A stretch of 64,000 nt of DNA, from NCBI RefSeq assembly GCF_036365525.1, contig NC_090383.1, positions 105,119,397 through 105,183,396 on the forward strand. The letters run 5' to 3'. Position numbers and translations under genes: made by a program. Each line of letters opens with the position of its first letter. Position 1 is the stretch's first letter. The notes beneath the pieces are model-generated. The model made no database searches. It was not told where the DNA came from and worked only from the letters and a program-made list of their open reading frames with translations. The DNA is from Heterodontus francisci (Eukaryota). Below are positions 11,530-26,219 of this stretch, one piece after another.

Positions 11530-13925
11530 CACAGAATCACAGAATAATACAGTGCAGAAGAGGCCCTTCGGCCATCGAGTCTGCACCGATGCACTGAAGA
11601 CACCTGACCTGTCTACCTAATTCCATTTGCCAGCCCTTGGCCCATAGCCTTGAATGTTATGACGTGCCAAGTGCTCATCCAGGTACTTCTTAAAGGATGT
11701 GAGGCAACCCGCCTCTACCACCCTCCCAGGCAGTGCATTCCAGACCGTCACCCCTCTGGGTAAAAAAGTTCTTCCTCAAATCCCCCTTAAACCTCCTGCC
11801 CTTCACCTTAAACTTGTGTCCCCTCGTAACTGACCCTTCAACTAAGGTGAACAGCTGCTCCCTATCCACCCTGTCAATGCCCCTCATAATCTTGTACACT
11901 TCGATCAGGTCACCCCTCAGTCTTCTCCGCTCCAGCGAAAACAACCCAAGCCTATCCAACCTCTCTTCATAGCTTAAATGTTCCATCCCAGGCAACATCC
12001 CGGTGAATCGCCTCTGCACCCCCTCCAATGCAATCACATCCTTCCTATAATGTGGCGACCAGAATTGCACACAGTACTCCAGCTGTGGCCTTACCAAAGT
12101 TTTGTACAACTCCAACATGACCTCCCTACTTTTGTAATCTATGCCTCGATTGATAAAGGCAAGTGTCCCATATGCCTTTTTCACCATCCTATTAACCTGC
12201 CCTTCTGCCTTCAGAGATCTATGGACAAACACGCCAAGGTCCCATTGTTCCTGGGAACTTCCCAGTGTCAGGCCATTCATTGAATACTTCCGTGTCACAT
12301 TACTCCTTCCAAAATGTATCACCTCACACTTTTCATGGTTAAATTCCATCTGCCACTTTTCTGCCCATTTGACCATCCCGTCTATCTCTCCCTGTAACCC
12401 AAGACATTCAACCTCACTGTTAACCACTCGGCCAATCTTTGTGTCATCCGCGAACTTACTGATCCTACCCCCATTTAGTCATCTATGTCGTTTATATAAA
12501 TGACAAACAATCGGGGACCCAGCACAGATCCCTGTGGTACGCCACTGGACACTGGCTTCCAGTCACTAAAACAACCGTCTGTCATCACTCTCTGTCTCCT
12601 ACATCTAAGCCAATTTTGAATCCACCTTATCAGGTTACCCTGTATCCGTATCCCATGTGTATTTGCTTTCTTGATAAGTCTCCCATGTGGGGCCTTGTCA
12701 AAGGCTTTGCTGAAATCCATGTAAACTACATCAACTGCACTACCCTCATCTACACACCTGGTCAAATGCTCAAAAAATTCAATCAAATTTGTTAGGCATG
12801 ATCTCCCTCTGACAAAGCCATGCTGACTATTCCTAATCAAATTTTGCCTCTCCAAGTGGAGATAGATTCTCTCCTTCAGAATTTTCTCCAATAGTTTCCC
12901 TACCACTGACGTGAGACTCACTGGTCTATAGTTCCCTGGCTTATCTCTACAACCTTTCTTAAATAGTGGGACCACATTAGCTGTTCTCCAGTCCTCTGGC
13001 ACCTCCCCCATGGCCAGAGAGGAATTAAAACTTTGGGTCAGAGCCCCTGCAATCTCCACCCTCCCCTCGCCTCCCACAGCATCCTAGGACACAAATCATC
13101 CGGACCTGGAGATTTGTCCACTTTTAAGCCTGCCCAAACCTCCAATACCTTGTCACTCCCTATGACAATTTGCTCAAGAACCTCACAGTCTCTCTGAGTT
13201 CCATATCTACATCCTCATTCTTTTGGGTGAGGACAGATGTGAAGTATTCGTTCAACACCCTACCAATGTCCTCTGGCTCCACCACAGATTTCCCCCTTGG
13301 TCCCTAATGGGTCCTACTCTTTCCCTGGTTGTCCTCTTCCCATTGATATACTTATAGAATATCCTGGGATTTTCCCTACTTTTACCAGTCAGAGCTTTCT
13401 CATATCCCCTCTTTGCTCTCCTAATTGCTTTCTTAAGCTTCATCCTACACTTTCTGTACTCCACTAATGCTTCCGTTGATTTGCTGTCCTTGTATTTGCT
13501 AAAAGCCTCTTTTCCTTCTCATCGTACCCTGAATGTTTCTGGTCATCCATGGTTCTCTGGGCTTGTTGCTCCTACCTATTACCGTAGAGGGAACATGTTG
13601 GGCCTGTACCCTCCCCATTTCCTTTTTGAATGCCCCCCCACTGCTCTTCTGTAGATTTCCCAACAAGTAACTCTTTCCAGTCTACCTTAGCCAGATCCTG
13701 CCTTATTTTACTAAAATTCACTCTCTTCCCCCCCTCCCCCCCCCCCCCCCAATCCAAAACCTTTTTTTGCATTGTCTATTTTTTTCCTCCGTAACAAACT
13801 TAAATTGTACCATGTTGTGGTCGCTATCACCAAAATGCTTCCCTACCAACACATCAACCACCTGTCCGGCTTCATTCCCCAGAATTGGGTCCAGCACTGC
13901 ACCCTCCCTTGTTGGATCCCCTACA
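11530..13925 (-). mobile_element. CR1 LINE, ~2.4 kb, 5'-truncated
   Basis: ORF2 fragments 11690-12427, 12475-13077 and 13252-13464 with GNYRPVSLTSVVGKLLE, PQGSVLGP and RPQLEYCVQFWSP. 3' tail (acagaatc)n. Confidence 0.96.
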
Positions 13926-14319
13926 TATCGTTAATCCCCTGTGGTTTGCATTGTTGCTGACTCTCCCTAAAGACAAAAAAAAATTTGCTTCTATTCACTT
14001 GTCTTTCGAGCGTCCCAAAGCACCTTGCATGAAATTAATTATCTGGTGCAGTTCTGTGAGATAAAGTGGCAACCATTTTGTGCACAGCAAGGTTCCGCAA
14101 ACTACAGTGAGGAGTATTAAAAATAGCAGTCAGCAACCACTTCCCTATAACGACTTGCATGGCAGAGATTAGAAGAGCCGCACCTGATTGTAAACTGAGA
14201 ACCTTAACACCTTACTTCAGGATCAAAAAATTATTATACTCGGTACACTTAGTACCAACCCACCCGACCAATCGGAAAAGTGCAGACAGACAAAAACTGA
14301 ACATTGTTATAGATTAGTA

Positions 14320-14550
14320 CAAGGTCATTTAGGAGTGAAATCAGGAAGTACTTTTTGATACTAACGGCAGTGGGAATCTAGAACACCTCCCTTAAAAAAA
14401 ATAGTTGCAGATGCATACATTTTGTTAAGTAAGGGCATCAGGTGATATGGAGCAAAAGCAGGTAAATAGAGTTGTACAGTTGATCCATGGCCTAATTGAA
14501 AAGGGGAACAGGCTCAAGGAGCTGAATGGTCTGTTCCTATCTTCCTATGT
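14320..14550 (+). mobile_element. Degraded CR1 3' end
   Basis: aaggtcatttaggagtgaaatcaggaag...ggaacaggctcaaggagctgaatggtc...cttcctatgt. Confidence 0.65.
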
Positions 14551-14854
14551 AAACTACTAGTGGGATCTGCTGAAGTTGCCATGCCGTCTGAGGTTCCTGA
14601 AGCATAATTCAGTGATAGAAACTAAGAGTTTGATGTAGTCATTCCCGATGTGCTGCATAAAATATATGGTGTCAAAGGTTATTCATCTCGTTGAGATTCT
14701 ATTCAAACTTTTGGTCATTCAAGATGAAGAAATGACTGGGCATTTTCTGGTGAGTTCCTCACCTGACTCCCAAAACTTTCACACTCCTGACTTGTATCTG
14801 GTGGAAATGAATACTCTCCACTGGCCTGGATGAGTGCAGCTACGCAACAACTTG

Positions 14855-17170
14855 TACAACCCCTTTAACATAATAAAACATTCCAAGGCACTTCACAGAT
14901 GCATTCAAAACAAAATGTGACACCGGTCAGATGACCAAAGGCTAAGTCACACAGGTAGGTTTTAAGAATTGTCTTAAAGGAGGAAAGTGAGGCAGGGAGG
15001 TGTAGGGAGGGAATTCCAGAGCTTGAAGCCTAGGCAACTAAAAGCATGACCGCTAATGGAGGATGCTGAAGAGACCAGAATTAGATGAGCATAGATATCT
15101 CGGAGGGTTGTGGAGCTGGAGGAGGTTAGAGTTAGGGAGGGGTGAGGCCATGGAGGGATTTGAAAACCAGCATGAGAATTTTAAAATTGAGGTGTTGCTT
15201 GACTGGGAGCCAGTTTAGGTCAGCGAGCACAGTAGTGATAGGTGAACGGGTCTTGTTGCGAGTTCAGACACGGGCAGCAGAGTTTTGGATGACCTCAAGT
15301 TTATGGAGAGTAGAATGTGGGAAGCCAGCCAGGTATGCATTGGAATAGCCAAGTCTAGAGGTAATAAAAGCATGAATGAGGGTTTCAGCAGCAGATGAAC
15401 TGAGACAGGCAAAGTTGGGTGATATTACAGAGGTGAAAATATGTGGTTTTAGTGATGTCGCGAATATGATGTCACAAATTTTCAAATCCTCTCTGGCCAC
15501 AGGAGAGGTGCCAGAGGACTGGAGGACAGCGAATGTGGTACCATTATTCAAGAAGGATAGCAGGGATAAACCAGGTAATTACAGGCCAGTGAGTCTAACA
15601 TCAGTTGTAGGGAAACTGTTGGAAAAAATTCTGAGGGACAGGATTAATCTCCACTTTGAGAGGCAGGGATTAATCAAGGATAGTCAGCATGGCTTTGTCG
15701 GGGAGATCATGTCTAACAAGTTTGATTGAATTTTTCGAGGAGGTGACTAGGTGTGTAGATGAGGGTAAAGCAGTTGTTTTAGTCTACATGGACTTCAGTA
15801 AGGCTTTTGATAAGGTCCCACATGGGAGATTGATCAAGAAGCTAAGAGCCCATGGGATCCAGGGCAAGTTAACAAATTGGATCCAAAATTGGCTTAGTGG
15901 CAGGAGGCAGAGGGTGATGGTTGAGGGTTGTTTTTGCTTTTGGACGCCTGTGACAGTGATGTACCGCGGGGATTGATGCTGGGACCCTTGCTGTTTGTAG
16001 TGTACATTAATGATTTAGACGTGAATATAGGAGGTATGATCAGTAAGTTCGCAGATGACACAAAAATTGCTGATGTCATAAATAGTGAGGAGGATAACCT
16101 TAGATTACAGGATGATCTAGATGGGCAGAGCAGTGGCAAATGAAATTTTATCCTGTGAAGTGTGAGGTGATGCATTTTGGGAGGACTAACAAGGCATCGG
16201 GAATATACAATGGATGGTAGGACCCTAGGAAGTACAGAAGGTCAGAGGGACCTTGGTGTACTTGTCCATAGATCACTGAAGGCAGCAGCACAGGTAGATA
16301 AGGTGGTTAGGAAGACATATGGGATACTTACCTTTATTAGCTGAGGCATAGAATATAAGAGCAAGGAGGTTATGATGGAGCTGTATAAAATGCTAGTTCG
16401 GCCGTAGCTGGAGTACTGTGTACGGTTCTGGTCACTGCACCATAGGAAGGATATGATTGCACTGGAGAGGGTGCAGAGGAGATTCACCAGGATGTTGCCT
16501 GGGCTTGAGCATTTCAGCTATGAAGAGAGACTGGATAGGTTAGGGTTGTTTTCCATAGAGCAGTGAAGGCTGAGGCGGGGGGGACCTGATTGAGGAATAC
16601 AAAATTATGAGGGGCATAGATGGGAAGAAACTTTTTCCCTTAGCAGAGAGGTCAATAATCAGGGGGCATAGATTTAAGGTAAGGGGCAGGAGGTTTAGAG
16701 GGGATTTGAGGAAAAATGTTTTCACCCAGAGGGTGATTGGAATCTGGAACACACTACCTAAAGGGGTGGTAGAGGTGGGAACCCTCACAACATTTAAGCA
16801 GTATTTAGATGAGCACTTGAAAGGCCACAGCATACAAGGCTATGGGCCAAGTGCTGGAAAATGGGATTAGGATAGGTGCTTGATGGCCGGCACAGACACG
16901 ATGGACCGAAGGGCCTGTTTCTGTGCTGTGTAACTCTATGACTGTGGTCAGAAGCTCATCCCAAGGTCAAATATGCGAACAGACTAGTTTAGCCTCAGAC
17001 TGTTGCTCGGGAGAGGGATAAAATTGGTAGCTCGGGAACAGAGTTTGGACTGGGGACTGAAAGCAATAGCTTCAGTCTTCCTAACATTTAACTGAGGAAG
17101 TTTCTGCACATCCAGTACTGGATGTTAGATGAACAACATAGAGGAGTCGAGAGGTGGTGGTGGTGTCGTC
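14855..17170 (-). mobile_element. L2 LINE fragment split by a CR1 (L2 parts ~14855-15468 and ~16943-17170)
   Basis: Minus-strand peptide LSSSAAETLIHAFITSRLGYSNAYLAG..LEVIQNSAARV is typical of L2 ORF2. The L2 resumes at tgtggtcagaagctcatc. Confidence 0.8.
15469..16943 (+). mobile_element. CR1 LINE nested in the L2
   Basis: RT motifs VPEDWRTANVVPLFKK, YMDFSKAFDKVPH, KFADDTK. 3' tail ctgtgctgtgtaactctatgact. Confidence 0.95.
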
Positions 17171-17194
17171 AGCATTCGTGTGGAAACCACCATT

Positions 17195-17625
17195 GCTTTT
17201 GGATGAAGCATGATGCCATCTATGACAAAGCAGTCCATTTGATCACTTCATCCAGATCAACCCCCCCTATCACCAGCGTACCATGGCTGCAGTGTGTACT
17301 ATTTTCAGGATGCACTGCAGCAACTTGCGAAGGATTTTTGGCAGCGCCTCCAATCTTCACCACCTAGAAGGAGGAGGGCAGCAGATACACGGGAACACCT
17401 TCACCTCCATGTTCACCTTCAAGTCGCACACCATCCTAACTTGGATATATATCACCATTCCTCCATTGTCACTAAGTCAGAATCCTGCAACTCTTTACAA
17501 AACAGCATTGCTGGCAGCATCGTCATCATATGAACTGCAGCAGTTTATGAAGGCCCAGGACATTTTCAAAGTCAAGAAGGGATGGGCAATAAATGCTGGC
17601 CTTGCCAACAATGCCCACATCCCTG
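17195..17625 (+). mobile_element. 3' fragment of a second CR1/L2-group LINE family
   Basis: Shares sequence with 48905-50250(-) and 59810-60355(+). Tail gggatgggcaataaatgctggccttgcc...cccacatcc. Confidence 0.7.
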
Positions 17626-17853
17626 ATAATACAGATCTATATTTGTGCACCTACGGACTGAACTTTGAAAATGGCAATAAAAATCTCTGCTAAAACGAGC
17701 TTGCTGTGTCTTGTACTGATCATAATGAGATAATTTGCAGTTTGTCTTGCTGAACATCAGCTGTTACTTTTTTCTTAGCCTATTATCAAACTTTTTTTTT
17801 ACCTGTTCTTTCCAAGAAAGTAGAAATATCATCATTTTTTGTTAATTTTTTAG

Positions 17854-18340
<487 letters not shown>

Positions 18341-18442
18341 TAATATATGCGTTACTGCTTTATTGTTCATTTATGCTGTTTCGCTAAATCTAGATAATTG
18401 TTGTACTGATCTGGTATTGTAGCAAACGTATGTCACATGTAA

Positions 18443-18592
<150 letters not shown>

Positions 18593-19871
18593 TGAAAATT
18601 TTAGCCTTATTGTGAGAGATAATTCAGTGAGTGTTGTGTAAAATTTTGCTTTTATCTGTGATACTCTAGATTGTGACCATGTTGGGTGTCTTGCAAGTGA
18701 TACATTTCTTATACCTTAATGAATTTGAAGCTTGAATTTAGTTACCCATTTTCATGACCAGAAACATTTTGGGATCTCTCCAGTCTGTATATATTTTTAA
18801 AAATCAGTTAAAGATGTTGAATTCAACTGGCAACCTGGTCTGTTCTTTCCATGTTATTTTTTAATAGTTTGGCCCTTAATATTCAAGTACCCCCACCTCT
18901 CTCCCTGCAGTAATTTTGATGTATCAGGTGAACAATATCCATGCTAATCTTAAACCCAGTCAATCCATTGGAAACATCCAGCCCTTTACTAGAATTAACT
19001 GCTTAAGCATTCAGTAGGTTGCAACCATTAATGACTACTGATATTTTCGTAGAACGTTTCTCTGCATTTGAATAAGTTTTAAGTGTGAGTTTGACTCTAT
19101 TAGTATGCCTCGCGTGTCTCAGTCAAAGCTGAGAGTTTAAGCCTCGCTCCAAGACTTGAGCGCACAATTTGTTCAGATGCTTTAGTACAATACCAAGGGT
19201 ATGCTGTGGTATGAGAAGTGACCTCTTTGGATGCGTTATAAAACCTAGGCCTCATCTTCCTGTTTAAAGAGCAGTGAGTTCTCGTGCTCTGATCAATACC
19301 TCAATGCTGTTCATTGGACATTTATTGTGCCAAAGTGGCTATCTTCATTTGTGTAAGTTACTGCACTTTGGAGTATGTGAAAAACTGAGATATATTTCAG
19401 CGGGGCATGGCTGCAACCTTTTTTGTGTAACTTTCTTGTGGCAGGATCTTTTTCACTGATCACTCATTTTTTCACATGGATAGCTACATGTAGTCACTTG
19501 CAACTGTGGCTGTCATCGCATCACCATCATGATGTATATGCAAAAAATGTTGCACAGCCCAAAGTACTTCATTCATCTTACTGCTTCCATGACCAATGTC
19601 ACTGAGACTTCATTTTTTGTGTGCTCATCTTGCTGTCCATACTTCAAAATGCTTCAATATTTTTGAATTTGGCATGAGGCATATCACTGGACCACTAGTC
19701 TACCAATAATATCAAAGGGTACAAACATTAACTGTCAGTCTTTGAGACCAATTTATGCACCAGCACTAAACTGTGGAGTGTAAGTGCACTGTAAGTCAGT
19801 ATCTGGTTGTCTTGTAGACCTCCAGTGCTGACGCACCACCTACACAACCTGTAGGTCTTGTAGAATAATAG

Positions 19872-20162
<291 letters not shown>

Positions 20163-20831
20163 GATTCAAGGGATCTAAAAGTAAAAGTACTTTTTGGACT
20201 CTGTTTGGCAAGGACTGTTGAAAGGAAATAGTTGAACTGCTATTGACTCTAAATTCTGAAGAAAATGGGTTTCTTCCCTGCCCTGCAGACTTCAAGTGGT
20301 TATTTTCCAGTCTAAAGGCATAGCTCTAAGGTTTTAAACACTAGAAAGAAGCTGCATACATTTGTATCTAATTTATATTTTTTGAGCTATTTTTAGTTTT
20401 TGTGGAAACAACTTGGACTGAAAGCGAAGGCTGTGACCAGTTTGACTGGGAGTGGATGGTGGAACAGTGCTAAGTGCCCTGTGCCAAAGCATCAAGAATG
20501 GCATGGCCAAGGATGTGCATTTATGTCAAATGAATTTTGGATTTTGAAACAACCTGAAGGAAAAAAGATTACATGTTAAACATTGTGTTTTGAGATCATT
20601 GTACCTTTTTAAAATGTGCAGTTTTATGCGATTCTAATAAGTGAAACTGATTCTGTAGATATCTTTATTTAAGGTAATGCAATCCTGCAAACAGATTTAT
20701 TCCAAGCATTTTAAAAGTTCAATCTGTGTAGATGAGTTCAAATTTCATTTAAGTTGGGTGCCTTTTGCTTGGATTATTTTAGCTGCTCGCTGGCTGTTAT
20801 ATACAAAAATTAGTAACGTAAGCATTTGTAA

Positions 20832-20837
20832 AATAAA
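20832..20837 (+). terminator. Candidate YIPF4 polyadenylation signal AATAAA
   Basis: AATAAA about 670 nt after the stop, followed by T/GT-rich sequence. A further AATAAA lies at 22001-22006. Confidence 0.5.
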
Positions 20838-21448
20838 CTGCAAATAAGGTTTCTGGTTGACTTTTTAAAAAGTTTTTTCTATTTACCTGGGTAAGTAGAT
20901 ATGTTAGAATTTAGTTTCAAAAGCATGATCGGACATTTTTTTCCTCTAAATGTATTCGCTTTAAGTTGTACGGCATGATTTCATCCTTCATGTTAAGCTT
21001 TTTTTAAAAAAACACGATAAGCTAAATAGCTTGGATGATGGAGCAGGAATATATAATCCATGAGAGAGGATACAAGACATCAAACCAATATGAAAATGGG
21101 CAAATAGCTGCTGAAGTATTTAGTCGATACTCCATTCTGCGAGATCTGCGATGGGACCATAAATATTTCATTTTCAGTGGTGTTTCTGAACCAATTAGCC
21201 TATGATTTGAGGTAAACTGTTTTCTCTTTGGAACCATTTTTCTATGCGTTGTACCTTAATGGTGGCAGATCAGAATAGTTATTAAGAATAATAATGTGGC
21301 CCTAAAGAGACATTAATCTTACTAGAATGTCAAATTAGGTGTCTCATTGGTAATAGTACTCGCAAGTATAAGAAACCTAACAGTACAGACCCACTTATTT
21401 TTTTATTAATCTTGTAATCTGCTGTGGCCTGCTAAATGTACTCAATGT

Positions 21449-21830
21449 GGGGGCAACGGTGGCGTAGTGGACAAGTAATCCAGAGACCCAGGCTAATGCC
21501 CTGAAGACTCCGGTTTAAATCCCACCATGACAGTCGGTGCGATTTAAGTTCAATTAATTAAAATCTGGAATTGAAAGCTAGTCTCAGTAATGGCACTGTG
21601 AAACTATCAATTCTCGTAAAAACTCACCTGGTACACCAATGTCCTTTAAGGAAGGAAATCTGCTGTCCATATCTGGTCTGGCCTACATGTGACTCCAGAC
21701 CCACAACAATGTGGTTCTTTCTTAACTGCCCTCTGAAATGGCCTCGCAAGCCACTCAGTTCAAGGGCAATTAGGGATGGGTAAAAAATGCTGGCCTGCCA
21801 GTGATGCCAACGTCCCATGAAAGAAAAAAA
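21449..21830 (+). mobile_element. tRNA-derived SINE (same family as 17942-18340)
   Basis: Box A ggtggcgtagtgg, box B ggtttaaatcccacca, same core, LINE-like tail and A-rich end. Confidence 0.85.
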
Positions 21831-22774
21831 TTCACTGCATCTATACATCTGAGTTGACATAAGCATACTGACTTTCAATTGTCAAGTGACCCCAGGCTTT
21901 TGAGATTTGATCTGCATGATAACCAAATCAGACATTTGTTTTAAACCAATATCTGAAAAGATGCAAAAATTCTGCAATTAGGAAACAAGTAAAAGGCAAA
22001 AATAAAGATTTTTTTTTTGCATGTATAGGACTCTTTGTTTATGTGCAAAAGAACTTGTCTTTATAGACCTGGTCAGGTTTAAATGGTCTTACAAAAGACA
22101 AGGAGAGATTTTATAATGTGTATTGGTGGAGCTGTGGGTGGGATGTTCAGATACAGATGAGGAAAGCTAGTCAGTCTTCTTGGTATATCAATCCAGAATG
22201 ACTTGATAAATTCACCCCTCTGTCTTCTCTTCCTCCATCTCTTCAAGCCATCCTTGTATTTAATGAGCCTCTATTAGTCTATCTGGTAGTCTGTTCTATT
22301 TATCGCTGTTTGCATTGAGATTCCTGACTCTGTTGAATTTGCTATACACTAATTTGAACCTGTGCTTCAATGTTCTGTCAAAGCTTATATCATGATTTAG
22401 ATTGCAATTATGTTCCAGATCTATTTATATTATTTTTACTATCTGTTGAAATCACTCCTCAATTACTTCCTTTCAAGATTGAAAACTCAAGTTTCTCCAC
22501 TCTGTGCTTATAATTCAGTCCTCTGACACTAGTGATCAATCTCGTGGTCCTTCTCTGAACTGCCACCACAAAAACGCCATAGTTTTCAAGGTGTGGTCTG
22601 ACCAGAACTCTTGACTACTTTTGATTTGAGCTTGTTTTGGTTATTTGGCTTTGGGTACTGTTCTGCAGTAATAAGACATGGTAAGTCTATTAAAGTCTCT
22701 TAAATTTTGATCCTTAGCTATTTTGGCACCATCCATTCTCAGATCATATTCTGAGAAACTCTCTGCTTTAAACT

Positions 22775-24259
22775 GGTTATGACTAAGGGTGGGAGTAATG
22801 CACTATTAATTCATCCCACAACTCCACAGGTCACAGCATATCAAGAAAGTTTTCCATCTACCAAAGAATAGCCAAATTAGACACTATTGTCCCCCAGAAT
22901 AAAGCACACCAAAACCAGGTTTCTTTAAACAACATTAACTATTTATTAGAAAAATAATAGGTCTTGTATATAGATTTATCTCGTTAAGTTATTAAAAAAA
23001 CTCAATTCCTTAACCCTCATGCACCCACTATACATTTAAAAACATGGTTAACTGGGGAAAAAGGATTTTGGTTTACAGCTGTTTATTAGGAATAGAAGGA
23101 ATAATTGAGTTTATCATGTTCTGATAGGATGTTTTCGGTATGGTGAGTGTCTGAGTTGAATAGTCGGCTGCCACTTTAAGTGTCTCCAGGCGCGGTTGAT
23201 GAACAGTCTGTGATGGGTAGGTGTTCACATAGGTCTTCCATCAGGGGTGTAGCAATAGGTCTGCTTAAGTCAGCAGCAGTAGAAGTATTCTTCAGATTTC
23301 AAGATTTCTTCGAACAGGAGGCAGCAGGAATCTCCCTGGATGCAAGAATTCTTCAGAGACAGGAGACAACAAGAATCTGCTACCTTTCTAATACAGGATT
23401 CCTTTTCAAAGGATGCACGTCCCCTTTACAGAGAGGGGTAACACTTTTTTTGGTCTTCCTCACTTGCTCCAGGCAGGTTTCGAAATGCCTACTCTTTGTC
23501 CAACTCACTGGCTCTTTAAAGGGTCCAAAGTGGAAAAATTCTTCCCGAACATTGTCACATGTCCAGACACGGTGTCTCTTGTGGTTTCCTTGAAATTGCC
23601 TGCTTTCCTGTCCTTGTACAAGTTCAACGTCCTTTCAAAGCACCCATAAAGTTCATCTTTTGTTACGAACTGCCTTACGAAACAAGGTGGTTTATAGGTG
23701 GTGAGATGATAATCCTGTCGTCTTCTTTGGTCTCCTTGTCTCGGGAGACAATGGGTGAGCGCCTGGAGGTGGTCAGTAGTTTGTGGAGCAGCGCCTGGAG
23801 TGGCTATAAAGGCCAATACAAGAGTGACAGACTCTTCCACAGGTGCTGCAGGAAAAATTGGTTGTTGGGGCTGTTACACAGTTGGCTCTCCCCTTGCGCT
23901 TCTGTCTTTTTTTCCTGCTAACTGCTAAGTCTCTTTGACTCGCCACACTTTAGCCCCGCCTTTATGGCTGTCCGCCAGCTCTGGCGATCGCTGGCAACTG
24001 ACTCCCACGACTTGTGATCAATGTTACAGGACTTCATGTCGCGTTTGCAGACGTCTTTAAAGCGGAGACATGGACGGCCGGTAGGTCTGATACCAGTGGC
24101 GAGCTCGCTGTACAACGTGTCCTTGGGGATCCTGCCATCTTCCATGCGGCTCACATGGCCAAGCCATCTCAAGTGCCGCTGACTCAGTAGTGTGTATAAG
24201 CTGGGGATGTTGGCCGCCTCGAGGTCTTCTAGGACACAATCTAAGTGTCACTTACAACA
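22775..24259 (-). mobile_element. Probable solo LTR interrupted by an RTE fragment
   Basis: Ends (t/g)gttatgac...ttacaaca. Minus-strand AATAAA near 22941-22947. Layout resembles the LTR at 38507-39392. TSD ambiguous. Confidence 0.5.
23718..24226 (-). mobile_element. RTE-clade LINE 3' fragment
   Basis: Minus-strand LRWLGHVSRMEDGRIPKDTLYSELATGIRPTGRPCLRFKDVCKRDMK, the characteristic RTE C-terminus. Confidence 0.92.
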
Positions 24260-24474
24260 CTGAACTGGTGACCAGTAATGACAATGCCTTTGTCAATGGA
24301 AATCTTTTATGTCACAGATGTTAAACTAGAGACATTAACTTTTCAAGCAGATACTTGGGACCATGTTATTTTTCATGTAATAATCCTTTGAAATTATCAA
24401 TAAAAATCAGCTGCTGTAATTATCCTTGGTCTATTTCTATGTCTGTCTCACTCTGAGTTCTATTCTGTCCCTGA

Positions 24475-24812
24475 AATCTAGGCTGATGCTCCAGTGCAGT
24501 ACTGAGGGTGTCTGCAATGTTGGAGATGCCATCCTTCTATGAGACCTTAAACTGAGGCCCCATGTGTGCTTCCAGGTAAATGTAAAAGATCCCATAGCAT
24601 TATTTTGAAGAAGAGCAGGGGAGTCATCTTTGGTATCCTGGCCAATTTTTATCCCTCAATCAACATCGTTTTTAAAAGTGACCAGATAATTTTTTTTATC
24701 GCGTTGCTACTTCTGGAGCCTTGCTGTGTGCAAATTGGTTGCCACGCTTCTGACATTACAACAGTGACTATACTTCAAAAGTACTTCATTGGCTGTAAAC
24801 ACTTTGGGACAT
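24475..24812 (+). mobile_element. Deu-domain-like SINE (SacSINE1/AmnSINE1-related)
   Basis: ccagtgcagtactgaggg...taaaagatcccatagca...gaagagcaggggag...ctggccaa core. Other copies at 55990-56960, 63565-63890 and partial 19100-19320, 57230-57360. Confidence 0.7.
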
Positions 24813-26219
24813 TCTATTTTCTTTGAAAATTTTACCTGAAAAGGATTTTTAAGTTTATCAACTTGCTTTCAAATCAATTAGAAAAGCAAACTCCGAAATC
24901 CTTGTCCAAGTTGGATTCTTGAGATAATCATACTGACATACTGAAAATACTGCACACACTCAGACTCTAGTATCCTAGAAATCCTAGTAACTCCTGCTAT
25001 GCTGATAGCTCTTGGGGTGAGGGTGGGGAATCAACTGCAAGCTTCGGCTGAGGCCTCCCAAATAAAAATGGTAATGAAGTTCCACAAAGACAGTTTTATA
25101 AATATGGTTAATTAACTTTTGTGAAATTTAATTTTTTTTATTTACTGCATTAGAAATAATCAAATGGTGAAGGAAAGTTGTTTGGTTCAGTTTATATATT
25201 TTTTGGTAGATTTTTGTCCCTACTCATAATTACTGCCTTTAGATTAGCTGCACCTAAAAAGATTTTGAATTTGAGTAATTCACTTGGTTCAATTAGAGGG
25301 TTTTTTTTTTTTTGCAGTATTTAATGGTTACAGTGTTAAGATTTGTTCCTGTTTGAGGATTATGAAATTTGAGCCAATAGGTGAAAGTTTGACATAAGCA
25401 TTTATACATGTACAAGTCTGATACCTGAATGCTGAGTAGTAAATGTCCCTTGACATTTTTCCTTGTATTTAGATTTATGCTTTTCTGGTGGGAAGGAGGC
25501 AGCAATGGTGAACTTTGCTGAAAGATTTTAGAAAGGAACTTGAAAGAGGTTTTTTCATTGCTTTGTGGAAAAAACATTAAACGATTTTCACTGGGAGAAA
25601 TCAGCATTAACATTGGAGGGAAGGGCCTCCAAATGGGCTCAGTAGCCTTCATGCCCTGCTAACTCCCAACAGTGAGCTGCTGTTTTGAAAGGGAACTATT
25701 CCAGGTGGCTGAAGGAGAGTATATACAGGGGTCTGGGAATACAGAGATTGATTGGTGGAAGGTCAGTGCTGGGATGTGGTTAATGATGCAAGATAGTCTT
25801 AGGGTGCCATGGGTGTGGGAATGGTGGTGTTTAAATGCAGTAGCAGGGAGAGGTTCCCCAGAAAGTGGGAAATTGGGAGAGAAAATTTCTATTTTCATAT
25901 TGGCAGCTGTGACCTAGGTATGGGCTAAAATCACACATTGGGGAAAATGCAGTAAGTGCTTTTAAGCTAGTTCAGAGATCACAATTGGTAAAACAATGAT
26001 AGGGAATTTTGTCAAGAGTGGAACGGGGGAAATCATAGGCACAGGGTAGAGATTAGGAGTGTCGAGCGGCACCAGAAATGAACGTAGTGAGGGAGGAAGG
26101 CCAGAGTGGTGTGTTCAGGCGGGGGAAAAGACACAGGATGGGTAGGTTGGGGATGGGTGAATGATAATGAAGGGACTTGCTGCACCTAATGTGGAACTGA
26201 AAGAAATTAGTATTAATAA

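Noticed and set aside
11690-13077. Functional reverse transcriptase gene
   Set aside because: 5'-truncated CR1 with a frameshift next to the FADD motif and further breaks upstream.
21449-21530. tRNA gene
   Set aside because: A/B-box-like motifs continue into a SINE body present in several copies. No convincing cloverleaf or T-run terminator.
25650-26190. Endogenous viral env-like fragment (Trp-rich ORF 25672-25917)
   Set aside because: G-rich low-information sequence with no recognisable env or fusion motifs. Cannot be supported without tBLASTx.
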